In this document: piece by piece, positions 36,139-45,011 of the stretch
Layout of the letters: every line of letters begins with the position of its first letter
Position numbering within the stretch: position 1 is the stretch's first letter
Virus record (IMG/VR): IMGVR_UViG_3300033485_000008
Span: 1,861 to 65,860 of that record
Direction: 5' to 3' (one strand)
Source: a virus
Taxonomy: Duplodnaviria > Caudoviricetes
Length of the DNA stretch: 64,000 bases
The notes under the pieces: model-generated
Database searches by the model: none
Seen by the model: only the letters and a program-made list of their open reading frames with translations
Told to the model about the DNA's origin: nothing
Made by a program: the position numbers and the translations under genes

Positions 36139-36528
36139 GTGCCTCTTGCCGTGAGACCTGAGCAGTGGATCGCAAGTGGCCTGGGGCATCCCTCCTGGCG
36201 TTTCATACGGTCCTTCTACTCAGCCCTTCTCATCAACCTCCTTGCCGACATGCAGGCCGGCTTCGAGGACTGGAGGCCGAAGCCCATCGTGAGGCAGCGT
36301 AACCTCCGGAAGGCGTTGCAGTGGATTGCCTACCCGGATGAGTCGGACGTGCCCATCAACTTCCACACCGTCTGCACCGTGCTCGGCTTCGACGAGCAGT
36401 ACCTTCGGGATCGACTTCGGAACTTTTTCATCGAGCTCAACGGAAAGATGGACAAGCACGACGAGACAGGCTTGCCGGTCGCCGTCTGCGGCCTGCCCGG
36501 TCGTCCTCGTCGTGTCGCCTGTGGCTAG
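36139..36528 (+). CDS. Helical hypothetical protein, possible transcription regulator
   Basis: GAGGA SD before GTG 36139; ALLINLLAD..KALQWI..INFHTVCTVLGFDEQYLRDRL pattern. Confidence 0.65.
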   Translation: MPLAVRPEQWIASGLGHPSWRFIRSFYSALLINLLADMQAGFEDWRPKPIVRQRNLRKALQWIAYPDESDVPINFHTVCTVLGFDEQYLRDRLRNFFIELNGKMDKHDETGLPVAVCGLPGRPRRVACG

Positions 36529-36610
36529 TCCGATGAACTGGCTAGATGGAGCTTGGCAATACCGATAGACTGAAACAGCCCGGAACCTTCGAGTGAGAGG
36601 GACGACCGAG

Positions 36611-37033
36611 ATGAAGATTCAACGATTTCTGCCGTGTCTCGTCATCGTGGCGCTGCTGGCCGTGCTGCCCGGAGTTGCCAGCTCAGCTCCAGCCGGAAAG
36701 ATACTCACCTGTCGAGATTGGGGAAGGTTGACGCCTGTGGCCGGCCAGACGGGAGACGGAGACTCCTTGAACTGGGTCGATACCGGCGAGGGCTTCAACT
36801 CGATCACCTTTTGCTACTTCTACGACTCCGGGCTCGCGACCACGACCATCTTTCTTTCGATAGATGGGGGCGAGCACTGGGATGACGTTGAGAACACTCA
36901 GTTTGGCGGTGGAACGGCGCAGGAGTGTGTCAGCATCACGTATCCCACAGGCATGTATAAGGCTGTCGTCACCAGCTCGGCAGCTCCAGTGGAACACATT
37001 CTTTTCAGGTGCGGTCCAAGGACGGGGAGGTAG
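36611..37033 (+). CDS. Secreted beta-sandwich-type protein
   Basis: Signal peptide MKIQRFLPCLVIVALLAVLPGVASS. Confidence 0.75.
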   Translation: MKIQRFLPCLVIVALLAVLPGVASSAPAGKILTCRDWGRLTPVAGQTGDGDSLNWVDTGEGFNSITFCYFYDSGLATTTIFLSIDGGEHWDDVENTQFGGGTAQECVSITYPTGMYKAVVTSSAAPVEHILFRCGPRTGR

Positions 37034-37036
37034 GAG

Positions 37037-38278
37037 ATGGATTACCGTCGATCTCGTCTGGTCCCATTGCTGATAACGGTGCTCGCGGCGTTTTTGGTCT
37101 TCCAGATTCCAGGTCACCGGGCACAGGGTCAATCATCGGGTCTGGGTGGAGGCAGTTCCGGGTGCGGCGTCTCGGTCTGCGAGGAGCCAACGGAGAGTAC
37201 CTGTTTTTGCGGAACCACCATGTGCCCAACGGGCATGTGGTGCTGTGGTGTTACGAACTCCTGCGAGGTGAGCGAAGCTCTCTGTGTCGCTCATGCCGGC
37301 TGTACGACCACGACTTCCACGACCACAACGACGGTGACGACCAGTACGACCACGAGCACGACAACCACCACCACGACGACAAGCACCAGCACGACGACCA
37401 CGACACTTCCGGCCTGTGGTTCCGTGGACTGCGACATCCCGGTTACAGAGCACTGCGCCTGTGGCGGTACCAGTTGCGCCCTGGGCGAGTATTGCTGTGC
37501 GGCGAACGATGCTTGTTACACCTGGAAGGTTTTCTGTCAGGTCATAGGTTGCGCGACCACGACCACGACCACGGTTGAGGAAACCACGACGACGGTCGAA
37601 GAGACGACGACCACGGTTGAAGAGACGACGACCACAGTAGAGGAGACGACGAGCACGACCACGACGACCACCACCACGACAACGACGACTCTTGCGGCTT
37701 GTGCGGAACCGAGTTGCGGTGCTGTGGCTCCACCTGGTGGGTGTGCGTGCGGAACCGACAACTGCTCGATCAATGAATACTGCTGTGAGGCGAACGACCT
37801 CTGTTACGCGACACAGCAAGAGTGCGAGGTTGACGCTTGCTCGACAACGACCACGACAACTGAGGAAGAGACTACCACCACGAGTACGACCACGACCACT
37901 ACGACCACTACGTCAACGACGACGACAACGCTGCCGACGTGCAGTCCGGTTGACTGTAGTGATCGGGTTATCGAAATCTGCCTCTGCGGTTCCGCGACCT
38001 GTGCGGGCGATGATTACTGCTGCGCTGCCGAGAACGTGTGCGATGCCACTCTCGTCGGTTGCGAGGTCGGTGCCTGCTCGACCACGACGACCACGACCAC
38101 GACCACAAGCACGACGACAACGGTTGAAGCGACCACGACCACGACCGAAGAGGTAACTACGACCACGAGCACGACTACGACCACCACGACGGTTGAGGAG
38201 ACCACCACCACGACCGAAGAGGTGACCACGAGTACGACGACAACGACACTCGAATCGACGACGACCACGACGCTGTAG
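37037..38278 (+). CDS. Secreted protein with four 10-Cys modules separated by poly-Thr linkers
   Basis: Hydrophobic signal; C-x4-C-x7/8-C-x-C-x4-C-x5-CC-x5-C-x6-C-x4/5-C four times; Thr/Glu-rich linkers. Confidence 0.85.
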   Translation: MDYRRSRLVPLLITVLAAFLVFQIPGHRAQGQSSGLGGGSSGCGVSVCEEPTESTCFCGTTMCPTGMWCCGVTNSCEVSEALCVAHAGCTTTTSTTTTTVTTSTTTSTTTTTTTTSTSTTTTTLPACGSVDCDIPVTEHCACGGTSCALGEYCCAANDACYTWKVFCQVIGCATTTTTTVEETTTTVEETTTTVEETTTTVEETTSTTTTTTTTTTTTLAACAEPSCGAVAPPGGCACGTDNCSINEYCCEANDLCYATQQECEVDACSTTTTTTEEETTTTSTTTTTTTTTSTTTTTLPTCSPVDCSDRVIEICLCGSATCAGDDYCCAAENVCDATLVGCEVGACSTTTTTTTTTSTTTTVEATTTTTEEVTTTTSTTTTTTTVEETTTTTEEVTTSTTTTTLESTTTTTL

Positions 38279-38289
38279 GTCTGACGCTT

Positions 38290-38688
38290 ATGGTCCTTGC
38301 TCGTGGTGTAGATGAACGTGCTCACATTCACGAGCAAGCAGCTCGCGTCGAGGCCGGGCGTCTTCGGAAAACTTACGAGTGCCACGAGTTCAACATTCCT
38401 GTTTCGACGGTGGGGGTATCCCTCACGGTGGCTCCGCTTGGCGGTGTTCACACGGTCAACTGTAGCTGCGGGGATGCAGCGTTCGTTCGGTTGACGCTGG
38501 CGCAGCGGGTCGTCATCAGCAATCTGGGCGGGATCTCGTGCCAGGCATCATTCAACGCGGTGACCAATCACAAGGTCACGGTTGGCGACGGTGAGACATT
38601 GGACTGGAACTTTGTAGAGGTTGGTTCGATCTATCTCTGGAACGCCTCTGGCTCGATTGTGGTGCCGGTTAGAATCGTTCTGTGCTGA
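38290..38688 (+). CDS. Hypothetical beta-rich, possibly virion-associated protein
   Basis: Beta-strand pattern ..NHKVTVGDGETLDWNF..SIYLWN. Confidence 0.65.
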   Translation: MVLARGVDERAHIHEQAARVEAGRLRKTYECHEFNIPVSTVGVSLTVAPLGGVHTVNCSCGDAAFVRLTLAQRVVISNLGGISCQASFNAVTNHKVTVGDGETLDWNFVEVGSIYLWNASGSIVVPVRIVLC

Positions 38689-38702
38689 GGCTTGGAGGTG
38701 GC

Positions 38703-39773
38703 ATGGAGAAGGTGACTCCTGATCGAAGTCAGGACCGAGCGTCGGCGGCTGCTGGGCTCTTGAAAGACCACGCCGAGGCCCAGGCCCTCAGTGGACAGAT
38801 CGAACGCCTGAAGAGTACGAAGAGGGACCTGGAGTTTGGCATTGCCGAGCTTCAGAGGAAGCATGACAGTACCTATGTGAGACTCTTCGCAAGCGAGGCG
38901 GAGCAGTGCCAGAAGCTTCAGGAAGCGAGTCGAGCCTACGAACAGGCCGTCAAGGACCGGGATTGCGTTCATAACGAGGCAGCTAGTCTGCAAGATGCAA
39001 TTCAGCACCTGAGGGGGGAGAGGCAGTATCTCAAGGAGCAGATTTCCGAATCCAGGGTCATGCTGGAACAACTCCAGTCGGCAATCGAGGAAGCTCGCGA
39101 GCAGAGCCAGTGGATACAGACCGTTCATGAGAAGCACCGGGAGTTGAGGGAAGAGCTGGCAACAGCCATGAGCGAGCTTGATGGGGTTAAGGCCCAGAAG
39201 CTCAGTCTGGAAAAGCTCATCGAGCAAGAGGGTGAGGCAGCGCGTCAACGGTTTGAGCTGGCAAAACGTCAGCTTGCGGAGGTGGCGGTCGTGGCGGAGG
39301 AGAACCGGCTGATGAAGCAGCAGATCACTGCTGACGAGAAATTGACCAATGACGCCTGGGCCAGACTGGCGACTCGCGAGCAGGAGCTTGTCGAGCGCGA
39401 GAAGGCCGTGGAGGCCGGGCGCTTCGTAGTCGATCAGGAAGTTAAGCTCCAGCGCGGCAGAGAGGCGCAGCTCGACCAGCACGAGGCCAACCTGAAGAAA
39501 GCTGCGGTTGAGGTCGCGTCTCGCGTCGAGGAGCTGATCTCGAAGGACCAGGCTTTGGAGGCCAAAGTTGTCGAGTTCGGGGCGTTCGTCAACGTCGTGA
39601 CCAACAGGGACCGTCAGCTCCTAGAGAAGATTGAGGAGTTGGAAAAGCGTGAGGCCAAGCTCGCCGCTGCCGAGGCGGAAAATGATGACCGGTTGATGAA
39701 GTTGCGGGAATCGGCGGAGGAACTGTACCGACGTGAACAGGCCATCAAGCAGCGCGAGAAGAATCTGGCTTAG
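38703..39773 (+). CDS. Long coiled-coil protein
   Basis: GGAGGTG SD; heptad-rich E/Q/K/R/L/A sequence throughout. Confidence 0.8.
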   Translation: MEKVTPDRSQDRASAAAGLLKDHAEAQALSGQIERLKSTKRDLEFGIAELQRKHDSTYVRLFASEAEQCQKLQEASRAYEQAVKDRDCVHNEAASLQDAIQHLRGERQYLKEQISESRVMLEQLQSAIEEAREQSQWIQTVHEKHRELREELATAMSELDGVKAQKLSLEKLIEQEGEAARQRFELAKRQLAEVAVVAEENRLMKQQITADEKLTNDAWARLATREQELVEREKAVEAGRFVVDQEVKLQRGREAQLDQHEANLKKAAVEVASRVEELISKDQALEAKVVEFGAFVNVVTNRDRQLLEKIEELEKREAKLAAAEAENDDRLMKLRESAEELYRREQAIKQREKNLA

Positions 39774-42282
39774 CCTCCTCGCGGCAGTCATCCTACAGTT
39801 TGGCTTTCACAATCCTGCCCTGGGTCAGCCTGCCTTCAGTAAGCCTGGCTACGGGACCATCTACTATGGCGGGGCCAATATGCCGGCCCGTAGGATCCTC
39901 AAGTTCGATGGCACGGGAGTCACATGCGCTGACGATCCTGTGCTTTTGATGAGCGTTTGCACCATTACCGGGACTGGCGGTGGAACCATAGATGGTTCTG
40001 GTGCGGCTGGGGAGGTTACCGTTTGGGCTGACGCCGATACTCTCACATCGGAAAGTGCCTTTAGCTACAAGAGCCACGAGGGGATGAAGTTCCTGAATTT
40101 CGTGGATGAGGCTGGACGGCAACTTCAGATTGGTGTCACTGGCAATTCCGGAGTCTGCAACGGCGATTGCGACGATCCTGGTCTTCTTTGCGCAATTCAC
40201 GCGAATTGCACCGGATGTAGTAACGGCTGCACGCAGATCTGGGATAAGACAAAACCTAGTATTTTTTCAGGTAATTCATGGAGCTTAGGATTAGCTACTG
40301 GTAACGCAAGCGGTACAATGTACTTTCAGTCCTATGACAATATGACCTTTTACAATGCCGATGCGACCGTTAAACGTCTTGAGCTTCACTCTACGGGTGG
40401 CGTACCGGACTACGCTACGATTTATGGAGACACCTACGTAGATGATCTTACAGGTACTGGAACACGTTGCGTGAATGTAAGCGACACTGGACTTCTTGGG
40501 GCTGCTGCCTGTGGAACCGTAGATGGTTCTGGTACGGCTGGAGAAGTCACCTTTTGGTCTGACACTGACACTGTCACATCTGATAGTGGTTTTTGTTACG
40601 ATCCGACAGAGAATCAGTTCTTTGTTAATCGTTCATGTGTTGACCCTGGAGTTGGTGGAGATGCCTCTGGCATAGTTGTCGACCGCAATGTTTGGGTTAT
40701 TGGTGACGGAGCCGATAGCAACTATTACTTTATGGCTTACGGAGCTGATCCTCAGTGGCTGGGATACCGTGCTCAGGGGAGGGAAGCTACTCCGACGATT
40801 GTCACTGATGGTAATCGACTGATTCATATACGAGGAACTGGTTACGACGGCGCACCAACAAATGGCTACTGGGCTATCGGTGGTTACATGGACATCGTTG
40901 CCGATGGCAACTGGGTCGCAGATACCAGTTCGCCGGCAAAGTGGATGCTTTACCTTACCCCTTCGGGTAGTCAGACGCCGATCAAAGTCGGTGAGTGGAA
41001 ACCGGGAGAATTTCGTATCTTATCTGCTGGTACAACGCCGTCATTGTATCTTGAGGGCTCTGGTGGCGATGGGGCGATTTCTTACGACAGCAGTGGCACA
41101 CCCGAGTTCCGGCCCAATAGAGCCTGGAGGATGGTCGAGGACTTGCCTCTTCACATTGGTGGCGCTGCTGGCTACTGGTCCTTGAAGTATGACGAGGCCG
41201 TAGACGATCAACTTCTTTTGAGTACCACCAAGACAGGAACGGCTTCGATTACTGATCCCATGTATGAAATCTTGGTAGGGGCCACGCCAACAGCGGACCA
41301 GCAGGTCTTCGGCATCGCCAAGGGCACGCAGGATAGCAACACGCCGTTGTTCACAGTGGACGAAGATGGAGACGTAGAGTTCGCAGGTTCACTTACGGCA
41401 ACTGATCTGGAATGTGCTGGTTGTGTTGATGGAGATGATGTTCATAGTTCGATTGCTGGTGCTGGACTTCAGTGGGTTGCTGGAAGTCCAGATACCCTTG
41501 CAACGGAATCGACGGAAAGTGAGTTCCTGCATCCAGACGTTATTGGAGATGCGCTCGTCTGTGGTGCTGGAACTGCTGGGCAGGTGCAATTGCGTGTTGG
41601 CAAACCTATGGAGTATTGTGATAATTCGGCTACGCCAGCGATCAAGTATGCTGCTTATGGCAATTCCAGCGGAGATGCCACTACCGTCTCTTGCGCGAGT
41701 TGTGTAGCATTGGGCACTGAGACGGCTGGAGACTACGTCGATTCAGCGACAGCAGACCAGGGACTTGTTGCTGCTGGTACGGAGAAATTGAATCTTGGCC
41801 TCAAGGTTTGTTCCTCCGGTCAGGTTCTGAAGCGAACCGCAGATAGTAAATGGGACTGTGCGGCAGATGCCACTGGCGGCGGTGGGACTGGTATTCTTTC
41901 GGCATCGACGTGCATGAAACTCTCGGGTGTGAACAACGTCTACGTTGCCAGCGGGACATGCGCTGATTCGAGTGAGTCACTGGTTCTGACTCAGGTTGAG
42001 AACGCGATTACGCTTTCAGATCTCCGATGTCGTGGATCTGTGGATCCAGGTGCTGGTAAGAGTGTTTCAATCACGGGTCGGTATGGTGCCTGCGGATCTC
42101 TGTCCACATCAGGGACTTTCACATGCTCTTTGACTGGAGGTTCGGGAGTACCACCGAGCTGTACTGCTGGTGCGGCTACGATGGCAGTTGGTGACGAGGA
42201 GTGCTGGAGCTTGCTCCTGCAACCTGGTGGAGCGTTCACATCGAAGATGGCGGTTAATTGTACTCTGGCAGCTACTGGATAG
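39733..42282 (+). CDS. Tail-fibre-like protein with N-terminal signal peptide
   Basis: IWLSLLAAVILQFGFHNPALG signal; duplicated GT(I/V)DGSG.AGEVT.W.D.DT module; Gly/Thr-rich; Cys-rich C-terminal beta domain. Confidence 0.7.
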   Translation: MNRPSSSARRIWLSLLAAVILQFGFHNPALGQPAFSKPGYGTIYYGGANMPARRILKFDGTGVTCADDPVLLMSVCTITGTGGGTIDGSGAAGEVTVWADADTLTSESAFSYKSHEGMKFLNFVDEAGRQLQIGVTGNSGVCNGDCDDPGLLCAIHANCTGCSNGCTQIWDKTKPSIFSGNSWSLGLATGNASGTMYFQSYDNMTFYNADATVKRLELHSTGGVPDYATIYGDTYVDDLTGTGTRCVNVSDTGLLGAAACGTVDGSGTAGEVTFWSDTDTVTSDSGFCYDPTENQFFVNRSCVDPGVGGDASGIVVDRNVWVIGDGADSNYYFMAYGADPQWLGYRAQGREATPTIVTDGNRLIHIRGTGYDGAPTNGYWAIGGYMDIVADGNWVADTSSPAKWMLYLTPSGSQTPIKVGEWKPGEFRILSAGTTPSLYLEGSGGDGAISYDSSGTPEFRPNRAWRMVEDLPLHIGGAAGYWSLKYDEAVDDQLLLSTTKTGTASITDPMYEILVGATPTADQQVFGIAKGTQDSNTPLFTVDEDGDVEFAGSLTATDLECAGCVDGDDVHSSIAGAGLQWVAGSPDTLATESTESEFLHPDVIGDALVCGAGTAGQVQLRVGKPMEYCDNSATPAIKYAAYGNSSGDATTVSCASCVALGTETAGDYVDSATADQGLVAAGTEKLNLGLKVCSSGQVLKRTADSKWDCAADATGGGGTGILSASTCMKLSGVNNVYVASGTCADSSESLVLTQVENAITLSDLRCRGSVDPGAGKSVSITGRYGACGSLSTSGTFTCSLTGGSGVPPSCTAGAATMAVGDEECWSLLLQPGGAFTSKMAVNCTLAATG

Positions 42283-42300
42283 CGACGAGAGGAGTCTGGA

Positions 42301-43194
42301 ATGAAGAAGGTTCAAGGACTGAGGTTGGCGTGGCAGTTTTACGTGTGGGTCGTCTTGATGCTTGGCCTGCCTATTCTGGCGTTTGGGTTCCAGGCCACGA
42401 GCCCGATCACACTTGAGGATGGTTCGATTACCATCACCGATCCGCTGCCGGTGGATAACGGTGGTACCGAGCGACAGACCTTGACTCTTTACAATGTTCT
42501 ACTCGGTGCCGGCACAGGACCGATTGACTACGCTGCTCCAGGGGCCAATCCACAAGCGTTGATCTCCAATGGAGCCGCTTTCAATCCTACCTTCCAGGCG
42601 TTGGACCTGGCAGGTACGTCAGCCGTGACTGGGCTCCTGCCTCTGGCAAATGGTGGCACTAACAAGAACGTCACGCCGCTCAACGGTGCTCTGCTATACA
42701 CAGATGCCGACTCCGCAGAGGTGATGGCTAGTGTTGGTACCTCCGGTCAGTGTCTCAAGTCCCAAGGCGCTGCGAACCCTCCGACCTTTGGAACCTGCAC
42801 GACATCTGGCTCACCACTGGTGGCCTTCAGCACCGTTGGTAACGTAAGTAACTCGACTGTGTACGTGAACTTCGCCGGAGGCGTCGATACGACTGAGGTT
42901 CGTGTTCAGATGCCAATGCCTGCGGCCACGTTTGCCAACCTTCGGTGTGTGAGTTCCGTGGCACCTGGCGGTACTCAGACCATCATCATCACCGGCAGGT
43001 ACGGGGCTTGTGGCGGTCAGGGACCGGACGCAGATCACACTTGTACCATTACTGGAGCTGCGACCACTTGTGATCCAGACCCCGATACCGATCCAGTCGT
43101 GGTAACGGCTGGTCAGTGTCTGGATTACTCGATCGCTTCCTCGGCGACTGCGGCTAACGCAGTTGTCAACTGCACGGTGGAGCGCACTGCATGA
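42301..43194 (+). CDS. Short tail-fibre-like protein with signal peptide
   Basis: Hydrophobic N-terminus; LPVDNGGT/LPLANGGT fibre repeats; C-terminal domain paralogous to 39733..42282. Confidence 0.7.
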   Translation: MKKVQGLRLAWQFYVWVVLMLGLPILAFGFQATSPITLEDGSITITDPLPVDNGGTERQTLTLYNVLLGAGTGPIDYAAPGANPQALISNGAAFNPTFQALDLAGTSAVTGLLPLANGGTNKNVTPLNGALLYTDADSAEVMASVGTSGQCLKSQGAANPPTFGTCTTSGSPLVAFSTVGNVSNSTVYVNFAGGVDTTEVRVQMPMPAATFANLRCVSSVAPGGTQTIIITGRYGACGGQGPDADHTCTITGAATTCDPDPDTDPVVVTAGQCLDYSIASSATAANAVVNCTVERTA

Positions 43195-44978
43195 TTCTGT
43201 GGCTGTTGCTGGTTACTTTCCTTTGTTTACCGACTCAGGGTTGGGCACTCTCGGTTAGTGCGCCTATCAGCCTTGAGGACGGTACCATTGGGATGGTTGC
43301 TGGCGCGAACGATAACACCATAGAACTGTACGACACGGACACGTCTGCGTGGATACCTAGATACTTACTCAGCACGGACTTCACGGTCACGGGAGAGTAC
43401 GTTAGTCTCAGCGAAACCGTCAACCGCTGTGGTACATTTTGCTTCGATGAGTGTGCGGAGGTTCCGGCCACGGTGGACATTTGCGATAAAGCTCTTGACT
43501 TGGGCGGTGGCACAGTTTTCATACCAGATGGTGGGACAACGAGTCTAACCTGCACGGCTTTGACTCCCACGCAACTTCAGGTGCTCGACAATGGTACCCT
43601 CGAATGGTGTGACGGCGCGGGATCGACTACGGAACGCAGCGTTGCTCCGTTTGGTCCAACCATAGACGACACTGAGTTGACTGCTGAGAACTTTGGCGCA
43701 TTTACGTGCTCGGGTTCTGAGGATGGATGCGAGATAAACTCTTCTATTGCGGCTGCAGGACTTGCTTTAGATACGAGCACGACTCCGGACAGTATCAAGA
43801 CAGCTTCACAAGAGGCTGCGTTCTTCGCTGATGGGGGAACGACCAGCTTGACTTGCACGTCAGCACAAGGGGCGGGCAGTGCTCAGGTGATGGACAGCGG
43901 GAATATGCAGGTGTGCTCAGGCGCATCCACGCCACTGTTGGGGATGATCGCACCCAACATACCGATGGCTGGTTGGGGAGGTACGGCAGGCGCGGCTTTC
44001 ACCTATGCCGGTCAAGGTACGGGAGCGTGTAGTGGTGACATTTGTCGTGGTGGTGTTTGTTCCGGTACTACACCGAATGGAACGTGCACGCTTACCCCCA
44101 ACAGCGAGTATTGGAAGAATCTTGTAAATCTCATCAATGATCCCTCCGATCAGGCTTATTACGCGAGGGTAGACAGCTTCACCGTTACTGGCGGAACGAT
44201 CACGATCAGTAATGCTTCTATTGGCACGAACGGCATGGTGGTCGTTTTTCTAGTGCGAGACAATGTGAGCATAGATGAAACTACGTCAGCAGTAACCTTC
44301 AACCTTGAAGGAAGAGGGGCTGCGGGGGGATGTGCAACTCCAGCCGCTGTAGATGACAACGCTCAGGGTGGTTTTGGTGGAAGCACGGCGTTTAATCTTG
44401 GTGGCTGGCCTTCTCTATCTGCTGGCAACGGAAATGTTGGTAACGCATTCAACTCTGCTAGTCCAATCAACACGCCCTATATTCTTTGGACAAGCGGTTT
44501 CATGCCCGTATTTCCGGGGACGGGCGGTGGCTGTGCAAAGATGACCTCGGGAACGTCTGGTGGAATCGGAACCAATTTAAGTTACGGTCGTGGACTCATA
44601 GGGTCAACGGGTGGAGGAGGTCCTTGGTGCCCTGTAGCAGCATCTGGCACTGTTGGTACCGCTGGACGTGGTGGTGGTGGGATAGCCTTTGTTGTCGGTG
44701 GGTCGTATTCATGCGTTGCTTCTGGAACTCCAAGCAATGAGTTTGATCTTGATGGCACTGCTGGAGGTACGGGTGCTGCTGGTGGAGGCGGTGGAATACT
44801 GACTGTGATCGCTCGTGCCTTTGGTACGACGACTTGTGACATAGAAGCAGAAGGTGGTGCTGCTGGTGCTAGTCTTACGGACTGCTCATCATACGTCGGT
44901 GGGGTGGGTGGGCACGGCGGATGGTGGTTCGTGAACACAACAACTGGTGCTTTTTCGGATAACACCGACGATGACTAA
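43191..44978 (+). CDS. Gly-rich tail-fibre-like protein with signal peptide
   Basis: MILWLLLVTFLCLPTQGWA signal; duplicated DGGTTSLTCT module; poly-Gly C-terminal region (GGGGGIL..) typical of phage fibres. Confidence 0.7.
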   Translation: MILWLLLVTFLCLPTQGWALSVSAPISLEDGTIGMVAGANDNTIELYDTDTSAWIPRYLLSTDFTVTGEYVSLSETVNRCGTFCFDECAEVPATVDICDKALDLGGGTVFIPDGGTTSLTCTALTPTQLQVLDNGTLEWCDGAGSTTERSVAPFGPTIDDTELTAENFGAFTCSGSEDGCEINSSIAAAGLALDTSTTPDSIKTASQEAAFFADGGTTSLTCTSAQGAGSAQVMDSGNMQVCSGASTPLLGMIAPNIPMAGWGGTAGAAFTYAGQGTGACSGDICRGGVCSGTTPNGTCTLTPNSEYWKNLVNLINDPSDQAYYARVDSFTVTGGTITISNASIGTNGMVVVFLVRDNVSIDETTSAVTFNLEGRGAAGGCATPAAVDDNAQGGFGGSTAFNLGGWPSLSAGNGNVGNAFNSASPINTPYILWTSGFMPVFPGTGGGCAKMTSGTSGGIGTNLSYGRGLIGSTGGGGPWCPVAASGTVGTAGRGGGGIAFVVGGSYSCVASGTPSNEFDLDGTAGGTGAAGGGGGILTVIARAFGTTTCDIEAEGGAAGASLTDCSSYVGGVGGHGGWWFVNTTTGAFSDNTDDD

Positions 44979-45011
44979 TGATGGGACATTTGTGGAAGTG
45001 GCTGATAGCTA

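Noticed and set aside
37300-38275. ACGACGACC-type repeats resembling an array
   Set aside because: They are in-frame Thr codons of one ORF, with no constant repeat/unique spacer structure. Not CRISPR.
38703-39773. Coiled-coil protein as spanin or tape measure
   Set aside because: No TM anchor or lipobox, and the tail is of the short type, so neither call is supported.
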